NCBI GenBank assembly: GCA_030248215.1
Contig: JASANG010002570.1
Location: 1 to 64,000 of the forward strand
Reading direction: 5' to 3'
Source of the DNA: Enoplolaimus lenunculus
Taxonomy: Eukaryota
Length of the DNA stretch: 64,000 nt
Positions 1-10,303 of this stretch are shown here, piece after piece. Each line of letters opens with the position of its first letter. Position 1 is the first letter of the stretch. The notes beneath the pieces were generated by a model. It had not been told where the DNA came from. It saw only the letters and a list, made by a program, of their open reading frames with translations, and made no database searches. The position numbers and the translations under genes were made by a program.

Positions 1-110
1 TTTGCTCTACTTCTGTACCAATTTTGAGTATTGCAATTGCAGATGTTTGTCAGTTTCAAAACCTATCGCCAACTGATGATAGGTGCTATATGCATTTGAG
101 AATATGGGCC
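1..110. mobile_element. Right end of palindromic MITE (GGCCCATATTCTC terminus; Harbinger-like, tentative)
   Basis: Ends gagaatatgggcc, the reverse complement of the 11611 terminus. Decayed relatives near 3430-3560, 3640-3686 and 43960-44025. Confidence 0.6.
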
Positions 111-280
111 CTAGAATAGGTGGTATACGTAGTTGAAAATGCAAGTGGTATGTGAAAACTTAAGTAAAATAATAATTAGGCTAAGATAACAGAATTTTGG
201 CTTAGAAATTGAAACATTTTTGAAATTTTATAGTTAATTATTTTATTCTCTATTTTATTAGCAAGCCCAAAAATTCTTAC

Positions 281-313
281 AAGAACGGTATGCGTCAGGG
301 GGTTCCTTAAAGC
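281..313 (-). CDS. Internal exon of minus-strand gene 1, (C)FKEPPDAYRS; gene continues beyond window start
   Basis: Acceptor cttccacag, donor gtaaga, 33 nt, phase 1-1, in frame with upstream exons. Upstream intron is only 51 nt, in frame and stop-free, so retention is possible. Confidence 0.5.
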
Positions 314-364
314 CTGTGGAAGTACCGTAGTTATAGGACGGCAAAATGATAAATTTGTGCTTAC

Positions 365-439
365 AGTAAAAGATGTTTCTGGTATTTTGAAAACGCAGAT
401 TTACTCGAAACAACTTTCGAGGAAGTTCCTTCAACTGCG
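365..439 (-). CDS. Internal exon of gene 1, (P)QLKELPRKLFRVNLRFQNTRNIFY
   Basis: Acceptor cctcttgcag, donor gtaagc, 75 nt, phase 1-1, open frame. Confidence 0.55.
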
Positions 440-492
440 CTGCAAGAGGCCTCCCGAAGCCAGTAACCGAATAGTGAAAAATATCAGATATA

Positions 493-704
493 CACTGTAA
501 AAAATGGTGAGCCAAATAACTCTCTCCGAAAGAGGCTTTTCGAGACTACACAAATTGAGAGTTAAAATTCAACTCCGCCAGAGTCAAATATCGAATCACT
601 GAGTCGCAAGTTTGACTCTGGCAAAGTCGAATTTGACTCAGTTTGTGTAGTCCCGTTGAGCCTATTTCGGAGAGAGTCAATTTGACTCGCCATTTCTTGC
701 AGTG
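493..704. mobile_element. CACTG-terminal MITE (CACTA/EnSpm-like), family E1
   Basis: TIR cactgtaaaaaatggtgag / ctcgccatttcttgcagtg, 2-bp TA flanks, internal GAGTCAA/TTGACTC repeats. Other copies: 13912-14009 (AA flanks), 24481-24575, 29751-29931, 30624-30761, 43448-43620, 63294-63493. Confidence 0.85.
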
Positions 705-871
705 TACACGTTTGATTAGTTTCGTTGCTTTCTGCATAATTGAAATCCCAAACTGAGTGTACAAAATGCAATTTTATCAGAAAATGAGTGGTGTGCAATT
801 GCTCCTTTGCCCCCCCCCCCCACCCAATCGCCCTTGATGTCACGCCTGGTGAAGCTTTGATGCTACGCATA

Positions 872-1312
872 CTGTAGTGACCCGAATAAGAGGGGGGTAG
901 CAAGAGGAGTCCCAATTTTGAGTCTCAATCAATAGCAGTCCGTATCCCTAATACGAGTCTGTAAGCGGATTGAGTCTGTAAACCATAATTAGAGTAAATT
1001 TATGTTAATTATTCTAATTGTAGCGCATAAATAACTCCAGGACCAAATAATCTGAGCTTGATACTTTAAAGCGTACTTAAATTTTGAAACTACATTCCAA
1101 AGTATAACCTTGCATTATCGCTCAAGCTATTTACACAAGACAAACAAACGTTTAATTCAACGGATAGTTGAAATACAGGAGATATATCAGTAACCAAGGA
1201 TGGCGGAGGGCGGTTTGAAAATAAATAACAGTCCGTAACCGAATAACAAGGGGGTTGCCCTCTGGAGAGACCAAATAAATATCAATCCCCCGTCTAATTC
1301 GGGTCACTACAG
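872..1312. mobile_element. TA-flanked MITE (Tc1/mariner-like)
   Basis: TIR ctgtagtgacccgaat / attcgggtcactacag with TA on both sides. Second full copy inverted at 60484-60878; fragment at 13559-13643. Confidence 0.85.
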
Positions 1313-1483
1313 TACTCGCAAGAATAATTAAACACAATGTATTGCGTAGGGTTTGACCAACTGCCGTTTTATTAGTACAGTTTTGCGAGCACCATGTAAA
1401 AATATGGATTCTAACTTTGAATTTCAATGGGATTCGACTTTAACGTTCAATGGAAATCGAACAAAAGTTTCGTTGTAACTTAC

Positions 1484-1576
1484 GCCGCTGTGCGCTCAGA
1501 ATAATGCCGATCACAGGCAAATTACAACAACGTCTGGTTGAATTTTTAGGTTTTGATTCGGTAGCAAAATTCGGAT
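1484..1576 (-). CDS. Internal exon of gene 1, (D)PNFATESKPKNSTRRCCNLPVIGIILSAQR
   Basis: Acceptor tttttgatgtcatttag, donor gtaagt, 93 nt, phase 1-1; the other two frames contain stops. Confidence 0.65.
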
Positions 1577-1772
1577 CTAAATGACATCAAAAACGCCAGT
1601 TTCAACTTTGGATTTATACGATTTTAGTTTAAGAGCGTCCACTATTGGGTATATCAACTTTGCCAGCGAACGCAGCAAAAGCCAAAAAATATAATCATGC
1701 CTAATACATCGATCTTCTATCAATTTTGGAAGATATTCTGTTTATTAATTCGGCCTTTTATTGAGGCCTCTT

Positions 1773-2858
1773 GGCCAATGTTACTAAAGGGCGTAACAGT
1801 AGATTAAGCGTATTCCTAAGCCTAAGCCTAAGCCTAAACGTTGCAAAAATGAGTTTCTAAGCTTAACCCTCAATGGCCCGACAGTCACAATGAGACAAAC
1901 CAGCGACAAGACGGCAGGCGAGACATTCCACGAACGAAAAACGGAACAAAAGCACGACAAACCAAAACCCGACCGCAAGAAAAAAACAAAAACACACGGA
2001 AAGGGAAAAGAGCAGAAAGAGAAAGAAAAAAAAAAAAAAACAAAAGACAAGAGGAAAAGAAGAAAAAAAAAACAGAAGAAAAAAGAGGGAACCACACGCG
2101 GGAAAGCCAGAACCACAAAAAAAAAAACAACACACCGGCCACCAAGCGACGCCACCCCCCACAACAGCAAACCCCCCGAAAAAAAAGAAAAAAAAAAAAA
2201 CACACAAAAAAAAAAACAACCACCAAAAACAAAAAAGGGGCCACCGCACCAACCAAAACACCAAAAAAAAAAAAAAGCGCGGGACAAACAAACACACAAC
2301 AACACAAACAACCAAACAAAAGCAAACAAACAAGCAACCCAGCAAAAAAAAAGAAAAAACAAACAAACCAAACCCACCCAACAAAAAAAAAAAAAAAAAA
2401 AAAAAAAAAACAAAAGAACCAAAAAAAAAAAAAAAAAAAAAAACAAACAAACCAAAAAAACAAAAAAAAAAACCAAAAACAACAACCAAACAAAAAAAAC
2501 AAACAAAAAAAAAAAAAACAAAACAAACACACAACAAAACAAACCAACACAAAAACACAACAAAACAAAAACAACAAAAAACCAACAAACCCCAAACGAC
2601 AACACACCCAACAACAAAAAAAACACAAACAACCAAACTTAAGCCTAAGCCTAAGTATAAGCGTTGCAAAAATGAGTTCCTAAGCCTAAGCCTAAGCGTT
2701 GCAAAAATGAGTTCCTAAGCCTAAGCCTAAGCTTAAGCGTTGCAAAAATGAGTTCCTAAGCCTAAGCCTAAGCCTAAACGTTGCAAAAATGAGTTTCTAA
2801 GCTTAAGCCTAAGCCTAAGCCTAAGCTTAAGCAAAAAATATAATCTAGAATCTAAACT
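1773..2858. mobile_element. TTAGGC-MITE subfamily C, right end missing, interrupted by an A/C tract
   Basis: Starts ggccaatgttact; (CCTAAG)n plus CGTTGCAAAAATGAGTT modules lie on both sides of the tract. Confidence 0.75.
1867..2638. other. Aperiodic A/C-rich low-complexity tract, probable sequencing or consensus artefact
   Basis: No T between 1928 and 2638; G fades out along the tract; no repeat unit; sits inside a tandem array. Confidence 0.7.
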
Positions 2859-3073
2859 TATTAAAATATTCTATTTATTTATTCTTCCTTGTATAGACCG
2901 CTTCGTGTTTTGTCCTATTGTTGAAACGTGTAACGTTTCGAATATGAAACATTTGCAATTTGTAGGGGTTTGCATTTAAACCTAATTTTGTTGCAAAAAT
3001 TTAATATCAACGCTGAGACAGCCTCAAACTATCAGTTTTTGATATTTAAACAAAATCTGCCCACACAACTACG

Positions 3074-3216
3074 GGCCCATGTAAAGATCAGGAGCGGAAC
3101 GCTTTTCTGTGGGACTGCAATAGAGTAAGCTTAAGCTTTAGACTAATTTTATTTGCCTGGCTTAGGCTTAGGCATATGCTTATAATGCTAATCCACCCCT
3201 GTTCTTTACATTGGCC
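3074..3216. mobile_element. TTAGGC-MITE subfamily B
   Basis: ggcccatgtaaagatcagg ... cctgttctttacattggcc with internal ggcttaggcttagg. TSD not evident. Confidence 0.8.
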
Positions 3217-3713
3217 TGTCAACTTAACGCTATCTCAAATGTTTCCAGCTCAATCTACTGTTTAACAGCCAATCAAAGTATCTTCCAAAACTCCATTCAA
3301 CTTCAACTTGGAAATTTGTAATGATTAACATTAATGTTTTAGATCAAATTTGCTGGTAAACTAATTGTGACTTGTGCGTTCACATTTGTATCCAAAAAGG
3401 TGTCTTCCAGTTGACGATCACCCAATATAACTTTCGAACCAATGAGCGGCGAGTTTTGAATGTTTAACGCATTTTCAACATATCATTTGCACTGTTGGAT
3501 AAATTGAAAATCTATTATTACTAACTGGTGATAAATGCTACAAGCAATTTAAAATATGACTTTAGACCCGTAGCCAGTTCAAAATGCTAGGGGGGTATGG
3601 CAAAACAAATAGGCATTTTGCTGATATTATAACACTTTACAATCACCAACTTGTGATAAATGCTGCATTCATTTAAGAATACGGGCATTGTATGTTTTCA
3701 GAATACAAACTAC

Positions 3714-3779
3714 CTTGTGACGGTTCCGTAGCATTACTAACATCATTGTGATTGGACGTTGAATGAGGATAAACCGTTG
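3714..3779 (-). CDS. Internal exon of gene 1, TVYPHSTSNHNDVSNATEPSQ (S/T-rich stem)
   Basis: Strong acceptor ttttttcattttattttag, donor AG|gtagtt, 66 nt, phase 1-1, contains an N-A-T sequon. Confidence 0.65.
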
Positions 3780-3872
3780 CTAAAATAAAATGAAAAAATA
3801 AAGTTACCTAAAATTATCATAGACATCATTAGCGATTGCGTCTTGCCTTATTAGGCGTCGAACAAAATGTAC

Positions 3873-3901
3873 CAGCGTGCGTTGCGTTTTTGACTGCATT
3901 C
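3873..3901 (-). CDS. Possible 29-nt exon of gene 1, (K)NAVKNATHA, used only in model B
   Basis: Acceptor catctttgaacaacag, donor G|gtacat, phase 2 to 1; bridges the phase-2 reading of exon 4646-4729 to exon 3714-3779. Confidence 0.4.
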
Positions 3902-4299
3902 CTGTTGTTCAAAGATGAGGTTTGTGGCAATAAAAGGAAACTCAAACCAATCAAAATATCGGTACTTTCTATTGGACACAGAATGTTCCTGTTGCATACT
4001 CTCGTTTCAGTATTGTAAACATTCTAACTTCCGTAATTATCGTAGGTCTTGTAACTTTTGAACCAGTGATTAGAAAATTGATCAAATCACCAATATCATA
4101 TAAGTAAGGGTTGCGCTATACTTTTGTGTAAATATCATCTGTCACGTTCCGTCACCGTGTTTCTTAGTACGCCACTTGCCGTCTGAAGCGTATCGCAATT
4201 CGCAAGGTTAATGCTTAAAAGTTGTCAAGCTGAGCTTAATTGTAGGTTTAGGTAAAAGTTAAGGGCAGAACTTAGGCTTAAAGTTAGGCGTAGGGGCTC

Positions 4300-4466
4300 C
4301 AGTCCCGTAGCCAGCTTTACCTTGCTAGGGGGGCTGAAAAATGTTCAGGAGGGGCATTTAAAAAAATTTTCAATGATTTACAAGCAATGTTGAAAATCTT
4401 CTAGGGGGGGCGACATTTTTCAAGGGGGACTCAGCCCACTGCACTACCCCTTGGCTACGGGGCCAA
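4300..4466. mobile_element. hAT-like MITE family H1 (CAGGCCCGTAGCCAG TIR)
   Basis: TIR pair cccgtagcca / tggctacggg. Other copies near 9190-9325, 14371-14501, 28879-29015, 36135-36309, 41249-41422, 47971-48125, 49483-49654. Confidence 0.75.
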
Positions 4467-4645
4467 GGGGCCCATATAAAGATCCGGGGCGGAACGTTTT
4501 TCTATGGGACTGGAAAAAAGCAAGCTTAAGCTTTAGACTATTTTTTTGCTTGGCTTACACTTAGGCTTAGACTTAGGCTTAGGCTTACAGGGGTCATCGG
4601 CTATCTTTGTAGTACGGCTATAGCGACTCCACACAAACTACTTAC

Positions 4646-4742
4646 TTTGATGTTCGGAACTCTCTGACGCAGTTGCGGCAACATATCGCCAGTACACAAA
4701 TCCAAATATTAACAGACAATAAACTCTGACTGGAGGCTTCAT
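4646..4742 (-). CDS. Exon encoding the hydrophobic N-terminal signal or anchor of gene 1 (MKPPVRVYCLLIFGFVYWRYVAATASESSEHQ from ATG 4742; alternative acceptors at 4729 and 4725)
   Basis: Consensus donor gtaagt at 4645-4640. Two reading frames both give a hydrophobic segment. 5' boundary uncertain. Confidence 0.6.
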
Positions 4743-4838
4743 CGTTGAGTTCAACTCAATGGATTTAACAAACGATAGTTACAGATTTGAATGGAAACGT
4801 TAATTACGAGCTGTGTACGACTAGTATTTAAAGCTATG

Positions 4839-5043
4839 GGCTCATGTATAGAACAGGGCCGGATCGTTTTCTTTTCCGAAAGAGCTGTAATAGAGTCAGT
4901 TCAACCTTTAGACTATATTTTTCGCTTAGGCTTAGGCTTTGGCTTAGGTTAGGCTTAGGAATAGGCTCATCCTTACGCTTAGGCTTTAGGCTTTGGAATA
5001 TGCTGCTACTGCTACTGTTCCGGCCCTGTTGTATACATGGGCC
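4839..5043. mobile_element. TTAGGC-MITE subfamily A, intronic in gene 1
   Basis: 25-bp TIR ggctcatgtatagaacagggccgga; degenerate TSD aagctatg/aaagtatg. Confidence 0.85.
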
Positions 5044-5133
5044 AAAGTATGAAATTCTAAAAACATGCTGAAAAATAGACGATTCATTACTTCATTCTTT
5101 ATTATAAAATGAAACTTATATACGTAAACTTAC

Positions 5134-5175
5134 TGCCAACGAGCATCCATATAGGTTCTCATTCGTAAGACAGAT
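5134..5175 (-). CDS. Upstream 42-nt exon of gene 1 (5'UTR or start, MRTYMDARW)
   Basis: Acceptor cttctttagttttag and donor gtaagt. ATGs lie in the frame ending in phase 2. Confidence 0.45.
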
Positions 5176-5320
5176 CTAAAACTAAAGAAGTAGGTCGCAA
5201 TTAAAGCGTTTGCTTAAGCTTACATTTAGGCACAGGCTTAGAATCTTGCAGATATTCATCTAGTGACTATTCCATTTATGGTTTCGGACAGTAATATATC
5301 TTTGAATCGTAGAAATATTT

Positions 5321-5798
5321 GGTCCATGTAAAGAGCTATGGTGGAACGTTTTTCTGTGATACGGCAATAGAGTAAATGTTAAGCTTTAGATTGATGTTTT
5401 GCTTGCTAGGCTTAAGCATAGGCTTAAGCTTAGGGGCCAATGTAAAGAACAGGGGCGGAACAGTATTCGAAGCTTATTCCGAAGCCTAAGCCTAAGCGTA
5501 AGGAATAAGCTTCTAATACTGTTCCGCCCCTGTTCTTTACATTGTTCCCTAAGCCTAAGCCTACGCGTAAGAATGAGCATATTCCAAAGCCGTAGCCTAA
5601 ACCTAAGCCTAGGCCAAGCAAAAAAATAAGTCTAAAGCTTAAGCTTATTCTGTTCTAGTCCCACACAAAAACGTTCCGCCCCTGATCTTCATATGGGCCA
5701 GCTTAGGTATACTCGCATTATTACACTTCGGCTTAGGGTTAACCTTAAGCTTAGGGATATGCTTATACTACTGATACGGCCCTGTTCTATACATTGGC
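5321..5798. mobile_element. TTAGGC-MITE (B-type left end, A-like right end) hosting a nested copy
   Basis: ggtccatgtaaag ... ctgttctatacattggcc; internal array split by the 5435-5699 element. Confidence 0.75.
5435..5699. mobile_element. Nested TTAGGC-MITE subfamily B, inverted relative to host
   Basis: Perfect 8-bp TSD agcttagg at 5427-5434 and 5700-5707. Confidence 0.9.
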
Positions 5799-6221
5799 CA
5801 AAATTTTTGTAAAAGGTTGTATATAGTACTGCCAAAAGCGTAGTGCGGAATGATTTCAGTGATTAAGAATCCTTAGAGCTTTTTGTCTTGTTGTTATTAG
5901 GAACACTTTCAGTCGTCAATACAGGAAACCAACCGTAGACACGTTTGTGTTCTAAGAAAATATTGCAAAGTTAAATGTTGAAAAATTGCCCAAAATACAT
6001 ATGTGGGAGCATTCCAGGTTTAATTGTATAGATATCACTAAATTATGATCTTATTCTGTTCAGGATATGAATAGATAGGGATATGGAGGCTGGCCGTCCT
6101 TATGTTGCCACCATTTATATACAATCATATGTTAGGTTGCTAAGAGAAAATTATCTGTATACCAATGGTTTAGTTAGAAACATTTTGCAAACCAATTTAT
6201 TTTTGGTTTAAGCTTCTTTAA

Positions 6222-6484
6222 CCCCTTCTCACATTGATTTGCCCATAGGCAACTCAGCGCAGTGTATATACGTTAAATAATATATATCGCACCGTGTTTA
6301 ACAATTGCAACACGTATGCATAATACTAAATCACCACAAGACGTGAGAGCGCCCTCGGGCTCGAGCGTCAAGCTCCTATAGCTAAGTGGTGACGGTATAC
6401 GCCTCCCACTCCAGTCACTGGAGTTCGAATCCTAGCATAAAAGTAGATCTCAGATGAAATAGAAAATATTCATGAGATAAAGCG
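6222..6484 (+). mobile_element. piggyBac-like TTAA MITE with internal tRNA-derived segment
   Basis: ttaa|ccccttctcacat ... atgagataaagcg|ttaa; A box tagctaagtgg and B box agttcgaatcc. Confidence 0.8.
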
Positions 6485-6846
6485 TTAAAATCGCAATATT
6501 TACGCTAACCATTTTAAAATACAGGTCTTTAGTGCTTTATAATATGACAGTGTGATATATTTTTCCAGAAATTTCAACACAGATTAATAGTTCCTTGTCC
6601 ACAGCGACCGGTGGATTACAGGTTTCATTTAAATGAAATTTTTTTTCGCTACTGCGGGTTAAAACTGAAAATATTATTTTTAAGTAAACATGAACCTTAA
6701 ATCTAAGAGTCAAATTCTTGGGCAACGAGTTAATTAAAAGCCTTTTCATATTTCGATTAAAAGTGAAAATATAAAATTGTACGGGAAACCTGTAATTGAT
6801 GAGTTAATAAAACAGAAATACATGAATCATTTTGAAAGCTATTTAA

Positions 6847-7198
6847 CCCGTACGCACATGAATATTTTCAATTTCATATGAGATGTAATTTCATGGTAAG
6901 ATTCGATCCCCAGTGTCTCGGGTGGTAGGCGTTTACGATGACCACTCAGCTATAGTTTAATTTCCTATGAGATGTAATTTCAAGGTAAGATTCGATCCCC
7001 AGTCTCTCGGGTGGGAGGCGTTTATGATGACCACTCAGCTATAGGAGTTTGACGCTCGAGCCCGAGTAGGCTGTCACGTCTTGTGGTGATTTTGCACTGC
7101 GCATATATGTTAGAATTGTTAAACACTGCTCACAGTGTCTGTGTTGCTCGTATATTACTTGTCTTTGTTGCTCATAGTATACTCTATGAGTTGAGGGG
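6847..7198 (-). mobile_element. piggyBac-like TTAA MITE, subfamily 2, with the tRNA-like segment duplicated
   Basis: ttaa|ccc ... gggg|ttaa; ~78-bp tandem duplication at about 6876-7045. Confidence 0.8.
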
Positions 7199-7289
7199 TT
7201 AACCTTTTGTCACATGAATATTTTCTATTTCAACTAAACATATAATTTCAATTGCAATTTAAACCACTGAGCTCTCGTCTGCCTGAGCA

Positions 7290-7634
7290 CGAGAACGCTT
7301 TCGTATCTTGTGGATAGTTTCTGAATAGTATGCTTTGCAGTTTATATATAACTGTTCGGCACACTTGAGACACGGTGAATGCACACCCCAGCAGGCCTTA
7401 ACCGTTTGATGTACGGCCCCAAATGTGATAAAAGTGTACCAGAGCCCATTTTGTTGCTCACAGTCGGCAGCCAACCTCAAATAACGACCCATCCCGAGCG
7501 TTTTGGGCGGTATTCAAGCCTGCACCTGCACTGTTGTTAACTCGTTTCGCCGGGTTTCCAAAATGTTACTAAAGTATTTATACGTATTTTAACACAAACT
7601 GTACCTCGGATCCGACTGTTGCCCGTTCTTTTGT
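7290..7634 (-). pseudogene. Decayed non-LTR retrotransposon reverse-transcriptase fragment (N-terminal RT domains)
   Basis: Across stops and frameshifts it reads KNGQQSDPR-YSLC*NTYKYFSNILETR / EYRPKRS / EQQNGLWYTFITF / CAEQLYINCKAYYSETIHKIR. This matches the remembered LINE RT motif order KKGD..D..NYRPISL..YKIF..IL..R / GFRP.RS / LY..FIDF / LI..IKALY. Confidence 0.6.
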
Positions 7635-8172
7635 TCATTCTACGCTAAGAAATACTCAAAACGTGGAATTTGCCACAAACTTGTTTAGGTTCCCTTCGCC
7701 CTTATGTTTGACAGAAAGCAAAAAATTTTCCCCACTAACCCGACGCTCAGGTTAAGGCTAAGTCTGTGCCTAAGCTCAGGAAGAAGCTAAGTCTGAGCCT
7801 ATGCTCAGGTTTAGGCAGAGTCTGAGCCTAAGCTCAGGCACAAGCTAAAGTCCTAGTCTAAGCCCATGGCTGTTCTACAGTCTATGTGGGTGCGGAGAAA
7901 TGTTAAGGGGGAAACAAAGAAGTACTTATTGCCCAGCCAATCAATCTATACCACCAGACCAATTTCGTAGGGCCTGCTCCCCTCTGAGTGCTCTATGCCT
8001 GGATGACAATCGCTCAACCTATCCTGATTTAAGAAAACAACGTCATTTGCTTGACGACTGAATTTAAATGATATTTAACAAAGAATCATAGCTGAAACCA
8101 ATATTCAAGTTAAAAATTGCCAAAGTTCACCTAATATACATTGTCAGCAGGTTAGTGGCATATGAGACCGTT

Positions 8173-8354
8173 TAACCTCACATATATACATAGTACTAAA
8201 TCTCCACAAGACGTGAGAGCCTACTCGGGCTCGAGCGTCAAGCTCCTATAGCTGAGTGGTGATGGTATACGCCTCCCACTCCAGTCACTGGGGTTCGAAT
8301 CCTAGCATAAAAGTAGGTCTCAGGGGAAATAGAAAATATTCATGTGAGAAAGGG
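8173..8354 (+). mobile_element. 5'-truncated piggyBac-like tRNA-bearing MITE
   Basis: A box tagctgagtgg, B box ggttcgaatcc; ends catgtgagaaaggg|ttaa. Confidence 0.8.
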
Positions 8355-8456
8355 TTAACTGCAAAATACTATCAACACAACAACTGAAAAGCCATTTGTT
8401 GGCCAAATAACGGGAAAATATTATTTTAGAATGGATTGATAATTTTTAAAAAAATT

Positions 8457-8643
8457 CGCCAAATGTTACTTTAAGGGGCGTAATAGTAGATAAAGCGTAT
8501 TCCTAAGCCTAAGCCTATGCGTTGCAAAAATGTGTTCCTAACCCATAGTCTAAGCCTAAGCAAAAAAAATATATTCTAGAATCTAAATCTACTCTTTTAT
8601 GGACCCACCAGAAACTTGGACGCCCCTTAAAGTAACATGGGAC
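8457..8643. mobile_element. TTAGGC-MITE subfamily C
   Basis: TIR atgttactttaaggggcgt / acgccccttaaagtaacat. Further C copies or fragments: 12936-13098, 20003-20138, 23271-23541, 25515-25559, 62441-62580. Confidence 0.8.
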
Positions 8644-9447
8644 AAAAAGTGTTCCGAACAAGCGAAACGTTTACAAGCTTAGGTTCAGGCTTAGACTTAG
8701 GCTTAAATATAAAAAATATTATTTTGCGTATGTTATTGAAGCTAACTTTGATGTATGCCGCAATGCAACGCATATGAGCATACGGACCACTTGATTTGCA
8801 ATTAAACTGCAATCAAAAATCTGTTTCTCTCAATAGGTTTCGTATTAATATTCAATCTGGCAAACATTGCTAAACCATTCTATATTTATGAAGGCTTTGC
8901 CCGAGCCTAATAAATTTTATTTACCTTTTGTCGTTTTAAAATTATGATAAATCGATTTCAAACATTAAAGTGAATCATTTCGTTCCAATGTCTGCGTTTC
9001 AAGCACTGACCCTTAGATGCTTTATACACTAGAACCCCGGGTAAAGGACGTACCCTTAGGGTTCAGAATTTAAATCGACTCTTGGAGTTTTGTCATTGCG
9101 TTCTTAGAGTTTTTTTCAGTTGGTAACACAAGAAACCGTCCTTGAAATTTTTCTAGAATAACCCGTTTCCAATGGTTTTGCGCCTATAAGCGAGCCGGAT
9201 AGAAAATTGCTGGAGGGACATACGGGTACCCCAGGTTGCTTACAAGTCATCCGAGAACTTCTAGGGATGTTAGAATGTTTTCAAGGGGCTGGCCCCCACT
9301 CTGGCTCCGGTCTGGCTACGGGCCGCTTGTAAAAGACTGCCTGATTCTGACATTGAACCTTGAGAATTTGTTGTGTAATTCTCGTGTCGTTTATAAAGAC
9401 AATGTTGATGAATGATGTTTATTTGCAAGTTGCCTCGTAGCAAACAG

Positions 9448-9644
9448 GGCTAATGTAAAGAACAGGGGTGGAACAAATATATAAGCATATTCCTAAGCCT
9501 AAGCCTAAGCGTAATAATAAGCATATTCCAAAGCCTACACGTAAGCCTAATCCTAAGCCAGGCAAATAAAATTAGTCTAAAGCTTAAGCTTACTTTATTG
9601 CAGTCCAACAGAAAAACGTTTCGCTCCTGATCGTTACATGGGCC
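9448..9644. mobile_element. TTAGGC-MITE subfamily B
   Basis: Perfect TSD gcaaacag on both sides. Confidence 0.9.
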
Positions 9645-9946
9645 GCAAACAGTGTTCAGATTATTGCACGCTTTTGTGGTTTAATAGAATAAGCACGGAA
9701 CGCTAAGCGTAAATCGCAGCCTAAGCCTAAACACCTAAAACATGAATCTCTAAGTTTATCAAAGCAAAACTCTCGATCCACGCCTAAAGGCAAGCCTAAG
9801 CTTAACCAAAAATCCTAAAACCTAAAACACTGTTGGTGCCTATACACCCGAGGGGCTTTTTTAGCTGTATTCAAAAACAGTTTGGCACAAAATTTTTAAA
9901 TCGCCAGCTAAAGTTATGAACTCTACTGTATTTCAAAAGCATATTA

Positions 9947-10303
9947 ATGTCGTAGCCCAAATCGTAATTTAGCCCAATTCCGAATTGTGCTAGTCCAGGG
10001 CATAATTCTATCTATGCGACAAGTACACGCTTGGTGATTGGTTCCTACCTTAATGACATACTCAGATATGCTTGGCTAATGCGAATACTCTTGTCTGATT
10101 GGCTAAGTAATCGCCACCAGTTGGCTATCAGTATGTTTAACTGAGCAAAGTGGATTAAAGCAGAAATTACGACTATCAAGTAACCAATCAGAAAACGCAC
10201 AGCTTTATCAGACATGATTCCACCGAGGGCTAGTTCAATTCGTAATTCCGCTCCAGACAAACCCAATTCGAAATTGGGCTGACCTACGACTTCGGTACGA
10301 CAT
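9947..10303. mobile_element. Palindromic MITE, unclassified
   Basis: Long imperfect inverted arms atgtcgtagcccaaatcgtaatttagcccaatt / aattgggctgacctacgacttcggtacgacat. Shorter relative at 42291-42459. Confidence 0.7.

Noticed and set aside
399..462. Plus-strand Ig-like motif FNCAARGLPKP
   Set aside because: Overlaps a better-supported minus-strand exon, and no downstream Ig Trp/Cys exon was found.
1336..1410. Extra 75-nt phase 1-1 exon (QSIFLHGARKTVLIKRQLVKPYAIH)
   Set aside because: Weak donor (gtgttt) and poor pyrimidine tract; not needed for frame. Not excluded.
1484..1520. Gamma-glutamyl hydrolase guess from LPVIGIIL
   Set aside because: The expected following YIAASYVK motif is absent.
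1784..2669. Four 247-282-aa ORFs (poly-F/V/L and poly-K/Q/T)
   Set aside because: They are stop-free only because one strand lacks T; low complexity and probably an artefact.
2641..2832. True telomere or chromosome-fusion site
   Set aside because: Arrays are short, interrupted and embedded in MITE sequence.
8243..8305. Functional tRNA genes in the TTAA elements
   Set aside because: Acceptor and anticodon stems do not pair, and the segment is always embedded in the MITE.
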